Shown: positions 8,596 to 19,432, numbered from the stretch's first letter. The stretch is DNA of 64,000 nucleotides from Bdellovibrionales bacterium (GCA_965261545.1 CBDHDF010000011.1:480001-544000), one strand, 5' to 3'. The notes: generated from the letters alone by a model not told the origin. Translations and numbers: made by a program.

Positions 8596-9864
8596 TCACT
8601 CTTGCTCCCCATCGATAATGGTCCAGCCCTTTCCCTTTAAGCTTGTACGAGCTGATGCAGCACTGGAGTTATATTTTAATGTGCCCACATTAATTGTATT
8701 ATGTCTTGTTGTAGGTGTGCTTTTGTTGAATTGTATTAGAAATTTTGAATAATTTTCAATGGATAAAGATGAATTTCTAAGGAAACCACTTTGGTTGGAA
8801 ATGTTCGAAAAGTTCCACTTACTTACATCTGGGTTTGCTTGGGTTGCATTGTCAAACATATATTCCATATTTGTGACCTTAGAAATATCCCACTTACTTA
8901 CATCTGGGTTCGCTTGGGTTGCATAATAAAACATATCCTGCATATGTATGACATTGGAAGTATCCCACTCACTTGTATCTGGGTTTGCTTGGGTTGCATC
9001 AAAAAACATAGCTCTCATATCTGTGACCTTGGAAGTATTTCCTCCAAAGACTGTTTTGAGCAAAGAATTGTCTTCAAAAGCATAAGACAAATCTTTCCAT
9101 CCTACATTTCCAAGATCGTTCACCTGAAGTAAACTATCTTTTGAAGAATCCACGTTATTTTGGAATCCCTCACAAAGTCCCATAATTGTGACTGTATACA
9201 CGTTATCGATAAAGTAGGTATGTACCTTATCGGGATCATCAAAAGACGTCACTTCACTGACACCACTGTTATCTCCCCAATCCACAATAAAATCATATTT
9301 TAAATTTGGTTTAAGGGGAAGGGTGAATTTATCTTTACTATCGATAGACCATACTGTTACAAAATGATGGATATCATTGACGACAGCAACACTTTGTGTG
9401 TCCTCTCCATGTGTCACTGTGACCATGATTTCGTCTGATGTTGCTTGGCTCACATCGAAAGCTCCTGTAAAGACATTGGAACTACAAGGCACTTCTACAG
9501 AAGTGATTTGAGGTTCTCCAACAATCACCGACACGTTTCCATTCATATTTGAATCACAGATTCCTTGTATCGTGTAGGACCTTGAATTGGATGAATGAAG
9601 GGAGGCCAATGGTTCATTGATACTTAGTGTGGGGCGCTCACTCGGTATCGGGTTGGAGTTCGACGTGGGAGCCGTGTTTGATGTAGGAGTGGTGCTCGAC
9701 GTGGGAGCCGTGTTCGACGTAGGAGTGGTGCTCGAAGTAGGAGAGGTAACAATACTTTCTTGATTTTGCTTGTCGCTATCGTTCTTCTTGCAACCGATAA
9801 GGATTGTCAAAGATAAGGTGATTAAAATTTCATGGATTGTCTTCATTTTTTTGTTGTTTCTCAT
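8596..9864 (-). CDS. BspA/DUF285 repeat surface lipoprotein with Thr/Pro/Ser linker and PKD-like segment
   Basis: Lipobox LIGC; 18-bp TPTS repeats (~9652-9745); FIVDWGD; 25-aa repeats of the type NPDxSxWDxSxVxxMxxMF. Confidence 0.85.
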   Translation of the reverse strand: MRNNKKMKTIHEILITLSLTILIGCKKNDSDKQNQESIVTSPTSSTTPTSNTAPTSSTTPTSNTAPTSNSNPIPSERPTLSINEPLASLHSSNSRSYTIQGICDSNMNGNVSVIVGEPQITSVEVPCSSNVFTGAFDVSQATSDEIMVTVTHGEDTQSVAVVNDIHHFVTVWSIDSKDKFTLPLKPNLKYDFIVDWGDNSGVSEVTSFDDPDKVHTYFIDNVYTVTIMGLCEGFQNNVDSSKDSLLQVNDLGNVGWKDLSYAFEDNSLLKTVFGGNTSKVTDMRAMFFDATQANPDTSEWDTSNVIHMQDMFYYATQANPDVSKWDISKVTNMEYMFDNATQANPDVSKWNFSNISNQSGFLRNSSLSIENYSKFLIQFNKSTPTTRHNTINVGTLKYNSSAASARTSLKGKGWTIIDGEQE

Positions 9865-10359
9865 TTTCTACCTTGATCTTCAAAGAAGGAACTTGTTCCG
9901 TTACTACTTCTACTAAATAGTTCGGTAAATTGTTTGGTTGAGTGAAGTCAAAGGGGTGTGCTAATAATATACTGTAGAAATTACCGTCCTTTAGTCTAAC
10001 TTAATACTATCAGTTTAAGAAGAATCTACCCACAAGATTGACTCTGCAAGTGCTTTGTATTGAACTTTTAAGGGATTGATGAAAATTTTAAGGCCTTAAA
10101 CCGACAGTGTCGAGCTCAACCTATGACTAAATGCTGATTGAAGAGGGCACAAATTGACGCTGTGGGTATATAATCTACAGTATATCGTTAGCACACCCAG
10201 TCAAAGTATGATGATTTAAGATGAGAAATATGCATAGTAATTTCATTCTAGTACGATTTTTTCCCAAGAAATACGAATCGCCAACAATCAAATAACCAAT
10301 GGAGCAAACCATAACTACACACAACACAACACAACACAATACAATGAAAAGGAGTACAT

Positions 10360-11079
10360 ATGTTTTTTAAGGTAAATATTTTTGGCACCAATATTTTCAT
10401 GATTCTGATCTTTTATATTTCCATCGTTTCTCCACCGGCTTATGCCATTGTTGGGGATTTGGGTGCCGGCTGGGCGCAGGTTCCCTACTTGGTCAAGATA
10501 TTGGATGAGAACCATAAACGCTACCAACAACTCAAGAGGATGATGGATCAATCCCAGAATTCCAGTGACTACCTCCGAGGTATTCACTATGGAATTGAAA
10601 ATATCACGGGACTCATGAGCAGCTTGCCGCTTAAGGATCAGGGAATTCTCAGTGATCTCCGTAGTTTTAATAACTCCATTGAGACGGTTTACCAAGTTTA
10701 TGGCAAGATTCCCAAATCTCCGGAAGAGGCTTTTCACAGGCTTCACGATGAAAGTATCGCTGAATCCCTTATGATGATTGCATCATCCAAGGATTACTCC
10801 AGATCACAGGAGGCAAATTCAAACTCACTCATACAGCAAGCATCTTCATCTTCCCCCAAAGGAGCTGCTAGAGCTACAGCCGTTTCCAATGCCATGATTC
10901 TTGAAAGTATGAGCCAATTGATTCGTCTTCAGAGTCAAAGCCTCAAACTTCAAAGTGAAATGCTGGCTATGAGAAACAAGAAGGAAAAGTCCAGTGTGAG
11001 GTCCTATCAGAAGGTGTCTCAACAATTGAGATCATCTCTTCAGAAGATATCAAGGTCCGATAGGTTCATAAAGTTTTAA
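10360..11079 (+). CDS. Secreted helical conjugation protein (VirB5/TrbJ-like)
   Basis: Signal peptide ending AYA; Gln/Ser-rich helical sequence; abuts the VirB6-like gene. Confidence 0.55.
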   Translation: MFFKVNIFGTNIFMILIFYISIVSPPAYAIVGDLGAGWAQVPYLVKILDENHKRYQQLKRMMDQSQNSSDYLRGIHYGIENITGLMSSLPLKDQGILSDLRSFNNSIETVYQVYGKIPKSPEEAFHRLHDESIAESLMMIASSKDYSRSQEANSNSLIQQASSSSPKGAARATAVSNAMILESMSQLIRLQSQSLKLQSEMLAMRNKKEKSSVRSYQKVSQQLRSSLQKISRSDRFIKF

Positions 11080-12168
11080 ATGTTTGGTTCACTTGCGGGT
11101 ATTGCTAAGGATATTCGGGTAGAAATTTTAGAAATTTATTGGATTCTTTTGATTCCACTTGTTCTCTTACTTGTTATTATGGAGTCTCTTAAAGGGTCTG
11201 GTAACACCGTAGATGTGTTCGATATTCTAAGGCGTGTTGTGGTGTCCATGATTATGCTGTTTTCCCTTGATTACACCATCCATATGATCGGCATGGTGGG
11301 TGATGGTGTGATCGGGAAAATAGATAAGATTGCCAATGTGTGGGAGGTGCTCACTCACCTTGGCCCCAAGGAAAAGGACCTTTCTGGGGGGCTCTTTGAT
11401 TTGAGGGGGCATATTTTATATATCTTCTCTTTGATTTCTTACATTGTCGCCCTTTTGGGTTTCTTTGTGGCCGAAGCTCTCACTCACTTTGTGTGGGTGG
11501 TGTTATTTACCATTTCTCCGTTAATGATTCTTGCCTATGTTCCGAAGTCCACATCCCATATAACGGTTAACTTGTACAAGGGGCTTATCAAAGTAGTGAT
11601 CTGGAAGATCTTATGGACTGTGCTTGGAGTTTTACTTCTTAAATTGGCCATGAGTCCTCAGTTTCATAGCATGGAAGACTTTATTATGTCCATTGTCCTC
11701 AATTTGTGCATTGGACTCAGCATGCTCTTTATTCCCATTGCCACAAGGTCTTTGATTAATGATGGCTTAGAAAGCGCGGCGTCTGCTCTAGCTTCAGCCC
11801 CAGCCATGGCCACAGTGACGGCAGCTAAATTTTATGCCCAAAAATTTGCCAAGCAGGGAATGATTCATACCCTTGGAGCTGGACAGTCTCTAGGGCAATT
11901 TATGGCTAAACCCCTGTCAAGAACCCTTCTTGCAAAGCCAATGGTGGGGCCATGGATGAGACCACTGGCCAACCGAATGGAGAGAATGGCTAAGAAGACA
12001 AATCCTAATAGGGGCGTCAGTGCTAATTTTAATATGAGTACTCCTGCCAATATCAATGCTTCGGCAGAAGAAAGGGCTCAACTTCAGACACACGTCACAA
12101 AACAAGAAGGCATAGAGAGAAAGCAACCACCACCACCTTACATTGATAAAGGGAGACCCCAAGAATGA
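11080..12168 (+). CDS. VirB6/TrbL-like polytopic membrane protein
   Basis: About 6 TM segments, an Ala-rich tail, and its position in the T4SS cluster. Confidence 0.65.
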   Translation: MFGSLAGIAKDIRVEILEIYWILLIPLVLLLVIMESLKGSGNTVDVFDILRRVVVSMIMLFSLDYTIHMIGMVGDGVIGKIDKIANVWEVLTHLGPKEKDLSGGLFDLRGHILYIFSLISYIVALLGFFVAEALTHFVWVVLFTISPLMILAYVPKSTSHITVNLYKGLIKVVIWKILWTVLGVLLLKLAMSPQFHSMEDFIMSIVLNLCIGLSMLFIPIATRSLINDGLESAASALASAPAMATVTAAKFYAQKFAKQGMIHTLGAGQSLGQFMAKPLSRTLLAKPMVGPWMRPLANRMERMAKKTNPNRGVSANFNMSTPANINASAEERAQLQTHVTKQEGIERKQPPPPYIDKGRPQE

Positions 12169-12466
12169 TGATCGAAGTTATCATAGAAAAAACCTGTCAG
12201 GATATGGAGTGCAAAATGAAAAGAGCTATAGAGAGAAATCGGGGGAAGCTTGTGGGGACAAAGGGGACAAATGAAGGAAAGTTTGTAGAGAAAAGTTTAG
12301 AAAGAAGCATAAAGACAGACAACAGGAAAATCATGGGGAGAAGCACCGTGAGAGATACTAAGAAATGTACTGGGAAGTGTGTTGAGAGAAGTGCATACAG
12401 AAGTACTAGAAAATTCATGAAAGCATTTGCAGAAAATATCATGAATATTATGAAAATAGGTCTACC

Positions 12467-13039
12467 ATGAGTTCATCCACAGCCATGAGTGCGTGGAAAG
12501 ATATTCATTCTCTATTAAGAACGCATAAGCTTATCAATCTTGGATTGATAGTCATTTGTATTATGCAGGCATTGACAATCGCTCTTCTATATTTGGATGA
12601 CCCTATTGTGGTTATCAAGGAAGGGCGAAAGAAGAGTTATTTGCGAGCCCAAAGGGCTCGTATACCTCTTTCGGAAGAGGATATCAAGAATTTTGTGGAG
12701 GACTTCTTACGCATCCGCTACGAATGGGAGGCCCTTCATCCCAAAGCCATGAGAACAAGCCTCAGCCCTTTGGTGACTGATGGTTTGAATAAGAAGATTT
12801 TTAAATTCCTCGTTCATCTCAAAGAAAATGACTTTAAGGATAAGAAAATATCTCAAGTCATTGTCAACCTCTCTGTGACTGTCACAGAAACAGAGGTGGT
12901 GGCACAATTTGACAAGCTCCTCAGAGTCGAGGGTCTGCCTATACCTGTTCCCACGAGGATCTCCCTAAAACTGATCCAAGATAAATCCAACGCTTGGAAC
13001 CCCATGGGCCTTCTCGTCAATCAAATGTTAGAACATTAA
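12467..13039 (+). CDS. VirB8/TraK-like bitopic protein
   Basis: One N-terminal TM; IKNFVEDFL helix; C-terminal NPMGLLV, the VirB8-type NP.GL motif. Confidence 0.75.
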   Translation: MSSSTAMSAWKDIHSLLRTHKLINLGLIVICIMQALTIALLYLDDPIVVIKEGRKKSYLRAQRARIPLSEEDIKNFVEDFLRIRYEWEALHPKAMRTSLSPLVTDGLNKKIFKFLVHLKENDFKDKKISQVIVNLSVTVTETEVVAQFDKLLRVEGLPIPVPTRISLKLIQDKSNAWNPMGLLVNQMLEH

Positions 13040-13175
13040 TTTTATAGATATTGATTTTCATAGAGAAGAGGGGGCTCGATGAGATTAGGTTCCCAGATAT
13101 ACCCAAATTCTCTAGAAGCCAAGGTGGGCCAATGAAATTAGACCCCCTTGAAGCCCAAGGATGGGTGAACAATTG

Positions 13176-13961
13176 CTATGAATCTTGGCATGCTTCCTCG
13201 TCAAAAGTCAGGTCTTCAAAAATTACCCTGTACCACAAGTAGTAAAAACAAATGGAAACAGGTGTGGTGACAAAAATATAGGGTATAACCAGAAAAATGA
13301 AACAAATAAATCCAAAAATAGCGAATAAAATCAATCCGAAAGTAAAGGGTAGAGTATTTTTTAAAATACCTTGTAAGCTTTTAATAAAGGATTTCTTAAA
13401 ACCTATTTCCGGATTAAAATATAAAATGGGATAGATAAATATTAAAATAAAGTGAATCGAGCTAAGAATTAAATTAAAAAAAGAGTTGTAGATCATAGAC
13501 GCAAAGATAGATCCAGAAATAGATTCAGGAGATTTTATCACAAGATCAATCCGATAACCACAATAAAGAAGGAAAGAGACAGCTATCAGAGGAAGAAGTG
13601 GTTTCATGATTTTTTTATCCATCAGGTCAGCGAGAATTTTTTTCATTGAATAGGGTTCTCCCCTTTCCCAATGAAAGGAGCAGATTGTATAAACGATTGT
13701 GATGAGGCTCATAATTAGAGAAGTGATGATAACTTTAATGACTTCCACTAACCAGATTTCGTCTTCTGATAAAAAAGTAGACCACCCCAAAAAGGAATTT
13801 AAAGTAGTGTTTGTAATAAATAGAATGATAAGATCCAAAGATATATCAAGAAGGATGATAAAGGATAGAAGAAGAGAGAGTTTATAATTGACTGTGGCAA
13901 GATCCCAAGCTTTCCATAGTATCTTCCAACCCGTATTCATTGAAACTTTATTTATTTTCAT
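13176..13961 (-). CDS. Integral membrane protein of unknown function
   Basis: About 6 hydrophobic segments; GW...AW N-terminal pattern. Confidence 0.75.
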   Translation of the reverse strand: MKINKVSMNTGWKILWKAWDLATVNYKLSLLLSFIILLDISLDLIILFITNTTLNSFLGWSTFLSEDEIWLVEVIKVIITSLIMSLITIVYTICSFHWERGEPYSMKKILADLMDKKIMKPLLPLIAVSFLLYCGYRIDLVIKSPESISGSIFASMIYNSFFNLILSSIHFILIFIYPILYFNPEIGFKKSFIKSLQGILKNTLPFTFGLILFAIFGFICFIFLVIPYIFVTTPVSICFYYLWYRVIFEDLTFDEEACQDS

Positions 13962-14029
13962 TTTGAATGACTTCCTGTGTAACGATTATTTATGTTATCT
14001 CTACCTTAAGAGTTGAAGATATGTATTTT

Positions 14030-14881
14030 TCAACAAAGAGAGTCAACAATTTCATGAACATTTTGTAAATAGCTGCGACCGAATAAATTGAGGTGGTTGA
14101 GAAGGTGGTAGAGTTGGTATATAGGGAGCCTTTGTTCGCTTCCTTCTTCTAGGGGCCACTCTTTTTCGTAGTTTTCATAAAAATCTGGGGAAAATCCTCC
14201 AAATAACTTACACATGGCCAATTCAGCTTCTCGATGACCATAGTAAGTGGCAGGGTCAATAAGGCAAACCTCTCCTTGGGAGTTCACAAGGTAGTTTCCT
14301 CTCCACAAGTCTCCATGGAGAAGGGACGAAGGCTCTGTGGTATCAAGTAAGTTGTGGATATTTGATTTGAGGGAAAGAACCTTTTCTTCCAATTGTTTTT
14401 CAATAGCTCCTTTCTGAACACCTTTAGAGATTTGATAGAGAAGGCGTTTTTCCCAAAAGAACTCAGCCCAAGGCAGCCCCTCTGGGTTGAGATTGATCTG
14501 AGGGGCCAGCCCCAAGAAATTATCTTCGACAAAGCCGCACTGGGGAGAGGTGTGACGATGCAGACAGGCTAGTTTGACTCCAAAATCAGAAAAGAAATTC
14601 TTTTTAGGGGGAGTTGGTTTCATAAAGTCTAGCAAAATAAAATACTCCGTTGCATGAACAACAGAGATTATATCAAGGGCTCCGGTCATTCTTAGTTCAT
14701 TCAAACCTCGTATCTCTTTGAGGAAGGCCGAATTTGCCTCATTTTTATGCTTGAGGAAGTATTTTTTTTGAGAGGTTTGGAGGAGACTTCCTCCAGACAA
14801 GGATTTTGAAGATTCAATTTTTACACCTAAGAAGTCACTGATTTCTTCAAGAAAATTCACCATAATTTTTAAACTCCCCAT
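14030..14881 (-). CDS. Fructosamine-3-kinase family protein
   Basis: YFLK, LACLH, DNFLG, LLHGDLWRGN, IDPATYYGHREAELAM, LYHLLNHLNLFG. Confidence 0.92.
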   Translation of the reverse strand: MGSLKIMVNFLEEISDFLGVKIESSKSLSGGSLLQTSQKKYFLKHKNEANSAFLKEIRGLNELRMTGALDIISVVHATEYFILLDFMKPTPPKKNFFSDFGVKLACLHRHTSPQCGFVEDNFLGLAPQINLNPEGLPWAEFFWEKRLLYQISKGVQKGAIEKQLEEKVLSLKSNIHNLLDTTEPSSLLHGDLWRGNYLVNSQGEVCLIDPATYYGHREAELAMCKLFGGFSPDFYENYEKEWPLEEGSEQRLPIYQLYHLLNHLNLFGRSYLQNVHEIVDSLC

Positions 14882-14975
14882 CTAAAATCATAGAGATGAA
14901 TCATACAGATAATTTGATGTCTCTCATAACCAAATTATCGCATCAGACCAGAGAAAGGTCAAAGAAAGGATTTTT

Positions 14976-15926
14976 ATGAAAATGACTCATTTAACGACTT
15001 ATCGAATGACCCATGTGATTTACATGAATCATGTGATCCGTATGAACCATGTCACTCATATAATAATTCATTTTATTACTAATAAGATCAATAATATCAC
15101 TCATAATAAGAGGTGGGTCATTGACGCCTCAAGATTTCCTTTGGTTTTTATTTTAGTGCTCATTTTGATTTTTTCAGTCTCAACTGCCTTTTCAAACAAA
15201 ATCAGAACCATAAGAGTGAATGATAGGGAAATGTCTCGAATCCAGTTAAGAATGGGGCGGTCCTCCATTCTTCGCTTTTCTGAAACCCCAAGGAAGGCCG
15301 TCATTGGAAACCAAAATTACCACTCCATTGAGTTTATTGACAATGATCTCACGATCCAACCCTTGGACAAAGTGGAAACCAACCTCTTTGTCTACACTCC
15401 TTATCATACCTATGGTTTCTTGCTCGATGTATGTGACCACTGCCCATATGATGATTTCTTGCATGTCAAATGGAAGCCGAAACCTCTAAAGTTTTTGTCG
15501 GTGCTATCTCATCAGAAGAATCAAAAGGAAGGGGCAAAATCAAAAAAATTGATGCCAAGGTTCCATCCTATTGATATTGATTTAGTACTTCCCATAGGTC
15601 GCTCCCTTTTCGTTAAAATCATTCAAACGATGGTGGCTTCTAAGCCATCATTGCGATCACTACCATCATTGCGCATTATAGATATTCAGATCAAGAACAA
15701 AGGTGTTTCTCACAAAAACATTGAATCCCTCCAAATATGGGCCACAAGAAAGGGAAAACCTTTGAACCCTCAAAGCTATGTAGTGGGCAAAGATCATCTG
15801 AATAACCATGAGAGTTCCAAGGCAAGGCTCTTTATCTCTTCCAAGGAGAAGAAGGCTTTTACACTTCATGTCACCTGTGGAGATGAAAAAGGAAAAATCA
15901 TCATCCAAGGGAAGTACCTCCAATGA
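14976..15926 (+). CDS. VirB9/TrbG-like core-complex protein (true start probably downstream)
   Basis: Signal-like segment then beta-rich RIQLRMGRSSILRF...LTIQP...TNLFVYT; precedes the VirB10-like gene. Confidence 0.6.
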   Translation: MKMTHLTTYRMTHVIYMNHVIRMNHVTHIIIHFITNKINNITHNKRWVIDASRFPLVFILVLILIFSVSTAFSNKIRTIRVNDREMSRIQLRMGRSSILRFSETPRKAVIGNQNYHSIEFIDNDLTIQPLDKVETNLFVYTPYHTYGFLLDVCDHCPYDDFLHVKWKPKPLKFLSVLSHQKNQKEGAKSKKLMPRFHPIDIDLVLPIGRSLFVKIIQTMVASKPSLRSLPSLRIIDIQIKNKGVSHKNIESLQIWATRKGKPLNPQSYVVGKDHLNNHESSKARLFISSKEKKAFTLHVTCGDEKGKIIIQGKYLQ

Positions 15927-17029
15927 AGGTTTTTCAGAAGGTTCTTCATAGGTTGGGTTCGCTTGTTATCAAAAAAGATGGGGGTAAGGATGTTCTTAAT
16001 CAAAGAAAAATCTCTATGGCTGTAAGCACAGTGGTCATTTTGGTTTTTTTCATGACTCTCTTTCTTAAGAGCTGCAAAGACTCCAGCAAATTGATGACAG
16101 TGAACAATGGGACGGCGAAGGCTCTTTTTGCACAGAACGAAAAAGCCCAATCACCCCATAATAAGTCAAGTCATGGCAATATTTCGGTTCATGCCAATAC
16201 GAATACCCATGGCACCAAAGGTTCTCCGGTTGTGAGCCAGCTACTCAAATCTTCGGAAAGCGAAAATTCTTCTACGAAAGGAGAAGAGTCTTCCACACAA
16301 GGGCAAAGGCCGAAAACCTTTCGAAGGGCCATTTCTCAAACAGAAAAAGCTCAAGCAGCGACCTCTCGAAAGCATCATTCTCCCCCTGCCAAGTCAGAAA
16401 CTTTTTCCATAAAGTACAAAGCCCCCCAAGTGATTCGTCGCAAAGTCAGTGAGGGAGGAGTTATGGGTCTTCCCCTAGGAACCCATATTAAGGGAAGGCT
16501 TCTTACTGCCATTGATACACGAGAGACCACACAACTCTACAAGGTGTTGCTTCCTGAAGGTGGGCAAGACAAAAACGGTAGCTTCATTCCTAGAAATTCA
16601 ATTCTCTTTGGAACAGTGAGGTATCCAGGACAGGGAAAAAAAGTTTTTATGGAATTTACAAAAATTCTTCTTCCAAATGGCAGAGAGGGGAAAATTCATG
16701 CCCAAGCACTCCATCCTAAAGATCAATCCCCAGGGCTTGTTGGTGATTTTCATGGTCAAGCCATGAAGAAAATTGCTTCCACATTGGGGCTTGGCGTTTT
16801 ATCTACCATGACCGAGACTTTGACCAAGAAGGAGTTCCATGGCCAAGGGGCTCACCTCACTCCTAGAGCGACAGCCAGAAATGCTTTTTATCAGGGAGTT
16901 TCCAAGGCCAGTCAAATGGAAGCCCAAAGGCGAGCGAATCACATGGGAAAGCAACCTGAATATGTCACCCTGCCAGCAGGGCAAAAAATAATCGTCAACC
17001 TCTTAACAACTTATTATGGTGAAAAATGA
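15923..17029 (+). CDS. VirB10/TrbI/TraM-like protein
   Basis: TM, disordered linker, then LPLGTHIKGRLLT, IPRNSILFG, F..ILLPNG, GLVG and VTLPAGQKIIV. Confidence 0.8.
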   Translation: MKVFQKVLHRLGSLVIKKDGGKDVLNQRKISMAVSTVVILVFFMTLFLKSCKDSSKLMTVNNGTAKALFAQNEKAQSPHNKSSHGNISVHANTNTHGTKGSPVVSQLLKSSESENSSTKGEESSTQGQRPKTFRRAISQTEKAQAATSRKHHSPPAKSETFSIKYKAPQVIRRKVSEGGVMGLPLGTHIKGRLLTAIDTRETTQLYKVLLPEGGQDKNGSFIPRNSILFGTVRYPGQGKKVFMEFTKILLPNGREGKIHAQALHPKDQSPGLVGDFHGQAMKKIASTLGLGVLSTMTETLTKKEFHGQGAHLTPRATARNAFYQGVSKASQMEAQRRANHMGKQPEYVTLPAGQKIIVNLLTTYYGEK

Positions 17030-18561
17030 AAAAAAACTATAGTCATAAAAATCAGAAGGGAATTGAAGACTTTGTCATGGTTCTTGGACAAGGTGTTTTT
17101 ATTTTCTCTAAAATTTGTTGGTTTGGAATAAAAAGGGCTCGCGAGGAGAGTCTTGAAATGTTGCTTCGTTTTGCTGCTATAGCCAGTTTTTTGGCAGCTC
17201 TTATTCTTGGAGAACCCAATTATTTGCAGAATGTCATTGAATTTATATGGGGAGATCCACTTCATTTCTACTTCCATCTCTTTTTTACAATGAGTCCCAT
17301 GACTCAATATTGGGTTCTTTTGGGTTTCCTGACTGTCAGTGCACTTGCAGTCATGGGTTTTCCATATTTTCGGAGAAAGATGGCTTTTCAAAAAGCCATT
17401 GAAAGATCAGGACTCAAAACAGCCCTTGGTGAGGTTCCCCAAGTTAAATCTATCATCAGCGTGGGAGAACATCGTTCCAAGGTTATTGTTGAAACCCTCG
17501 GTGTGGGACTCAATAAGTTTGAAACTCAAAGAGACAGTCTCACAGCGGGCTTTCGCCAAACCATTGAGAGCATCATGCTCCACGAGGACAAGGGAAAGGT
17601 TGTGATTGATCTTTGTGAGTGCGATCTACCTAAGATGATTGGTTTTCACGAAATCTATGCCCATATCAAAGAGCCCTACTCCTTTATCATTGGTCAGAGT
17701 TTGAAAGGTCCTATGGTTCAGCCCCTTCGCTCTTTGCCTCACTTGCTCATCTCAGGGGCTACGGGAGGGGGTAAATCTATTTTCTTTCGCACCACCGTTC
17801 TTTCGCTTCTAAAAAGCTCACCCTATCTTCAGGTTTATCTTCTGGACCTCAAGCGTGGGGTTGAAGTCAAAGAATTTGAAGCCCTCCCCAATGTGACCAC
17901 TGCCAAGGATGAGAAGGAGGCCACACATATTTTACAGTCTCTTGTGGAAGAAATGCATCGGCGTTACCACTTTTTAGAAAGTCATGGTTATAAATGCATT
18001 GATCCGTCTAGGGATGAACTCGATTTGATTGTCGTGGGAATTGATGAGGCCGCAGCTCTTTTTGGAAATAAATCCAATGAACTGGCAAGAAAGCACATTG
18101 GCGAATTGGCAAGGCTTGCAAGGGCTTCAGGCATTCATCTTGTGCCCTCCACGCAAAAGCCTGTGAAAGATGCCATTGACACAGAGATATTGGACAATCT
18201 CACAGGGCGTATGACCTTTCGTATGGTGTCCTCAGCAGCATCCAATGTCGCCATGGGAGGGAATCTTGCCAAAAAACTCCCTGCCATTAAGGGGCGAGCC
18301 ATGTGGACCTATGGAAGTCATCACCAAGAAGTGCAAGCACCCTACATTGATGATGAATCACTCAAACAGGAGCTTGAGATTATCCAACAAGAATTCACCG
18401 ATGGTCTTCGCAGGAATTTCCAGCCTCTTTTGGGAAAATCTCGAAAATCGTCTATCACTAAGGCAAGGGAGAAGGGATGTGAGAAGAAAGTTCATGAAAG
18501 TAAAAAGGAGATTCATGGGAATGAGGAGAAGGATGTACAAACAAGTCGGAGGAATCTATAA
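17026..18561 (+). CDS. FtsK/SpoIIIE-domain ATPase, probable TcpA-type coupling protein
   Basis: N-terminal TMs; PHLLISGATGGGKS; LLDLK; EMHRRY; IDEAA; LARLARASGIHL..TQ. Confidence 0.88.
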   Translation: MKKNYSHKNQKGIEDFVMVLGQGVFIFSKICWFGIKRAREESLEMLLRFAAIASFLAALILGEPNYLQNVIEFIWGDPLHFYFHLFFTMSPMTQYWVLLGFLTVSALAVMGFPYFRRKMAFQKAIERSGLKTALGEVPQVKSIISVGEHRSKVIVETLGVGLNKFETQRDSLTAGFRQTIESIMLHEDKGKVVIDLCECDLPKMIGFHEIYAHIKEPYSFIIGQSLKGPMVQPLRSLPHLLISGATGGGKSIFFRTTVLSLLKSSPYLQVYLLDLKRGVEVKEFEALPNVTTAKDEKEATHILQSLVEEMHRRYHFLESHGYKCIDPSRDELDLIVVGIDEAAALFGNKSNELARKHIGELARLARASGIHLVPSTQKPVKDAIDTEILDNLTGRMTFRMVSSAASNVAMGGNLAKKLPAIKGRAMWTYGSHHQEVQAPYIDDESLKQELEIIQQEFTDGLRRNFQPLLGKSRKSSITKAREKGCEKKVHESKKEIHGNEEKDVQTSRRNL

Positions 18562-18565
18562 ATAA

Positions 18566-19432
18566 ATGAAGATAAAACAAAGTCAACTAGAAATGATTCA
18601 GGATCAAATGGAAATGAATCATAAACAAATAGGCATGAACCAAAAACAAATAAAATCCATTCAAAGTCAATTGAAAGAAAGGAGAGGACGACCCAAGGGT
18701 GTTATTCTCACAGAAAGAGATATAAAGATACTTCAATTTATTTTTGAGCATAAAGTTGTAAGTCGAGATCAGATCAACATTTATTTTTTTGATGGTGCCT
18801 CTAAGAGCACAGTTAATGGCAGGCTTAAAAAGATATTTGAACTTGGGCTTATTCAAAGAATGCTTATTGAGCAAGGGAAAAGGGTGATTTACACCTATAG
18901 TCTCACACCCAATGGCTTTAACAAAGTTAAACCCCTCATAGCCTATGGCACCCAAGGAAAAGTGACTAAAAGTTACGCTCCTTTGCACGATATGATTCTC
19001 GTGGATATCAGAAAAGCTTTTGAGTTCAAAGATTCTGTAAAGAACTACTGTACGGAAAATATCCTTCAGAGTTGCCCGAAAATTGCAGATGAGTACCAGG
19101 GGTTTGTCAATCTCAAAAGCGATGGAGTTGTCTGTGTTGAAACCAAAGTGGGTATTTTAAATTTAGCTGTTGAGTTTGATTCCTGTGTAAAGTCTAAGAA
19201 GAGATATCACAAGAAGATAGATGCCTACTACTGGGAATCAAAGGTTCATGGGGTTTTGTATATCTGCGCAACTTCATATGTCTTAAATGCTTTGCATAAA
19301 GTGGAAAGGGAAGTTTCCCAAAAGCACCAATGCTCATCGAAGATATACTTTGCACTTCTGAATGAGATCACTATGGATAAGAAGGAATTGATATTTAGAG
19401 ATATTGAGAATTACATCTTCAGGGTTCGATAG
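18566..19432 (+). CDS. Replication-relaxation (Replic_Relax/MOBC-like) protein, candidate relaxase
   Basis: wHTH LTERD..IL..I...RL..I..LG; HD; SDG...LAVEFD (PD-(D/E)xK-type D-xn-ExD); follows the FtsK ATPase gene. Confidence 0.7.
   Translation: MKIKQSQLEMIQDQMEMNHKQIGMNQKQIKSIQSQLKERRGRPKGVILTERDIKILQFIFEHKVVSRDQINIYFFDGASKSTVNGRLKKIFELGLIQRMLIEQGKRVIYTYSLTPNGFNKVKPLIAYGTQGKVTKSYAPLHDMILVDIRKAFEFKDSVKNYCTENILQSCPKIADEYQGFVNLKSDGVVCVETKVGILNLAVEFDSCVKSKKRYHKKIDAYYWESKVHGVLYICATSYVLNALHKVEREVSQKHQCSSKIYFALLNEITMDKKELIFRDIENYIFRVR

Noticed and set aside
8790..9060. 75-bp periodic repeats as a possible array or DGR template
   Set aside because: They encode the DUF285 protein repeats; no adenine-specific variation pattern and no reverse transcriptase.
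10040..10165. Additional sigma-54 promoter candidates before the virB5-like gene
   Set aside because: The GG-N10-GC spacing is not satisfied.
12165..12470. 101-aa ORF between the virB6- and virB8-like genes
   Set aside because: Made of degenerate short repeats with no recognisable fold; more likely expanded spacer, although its overlapping start and stop leave translation possible.
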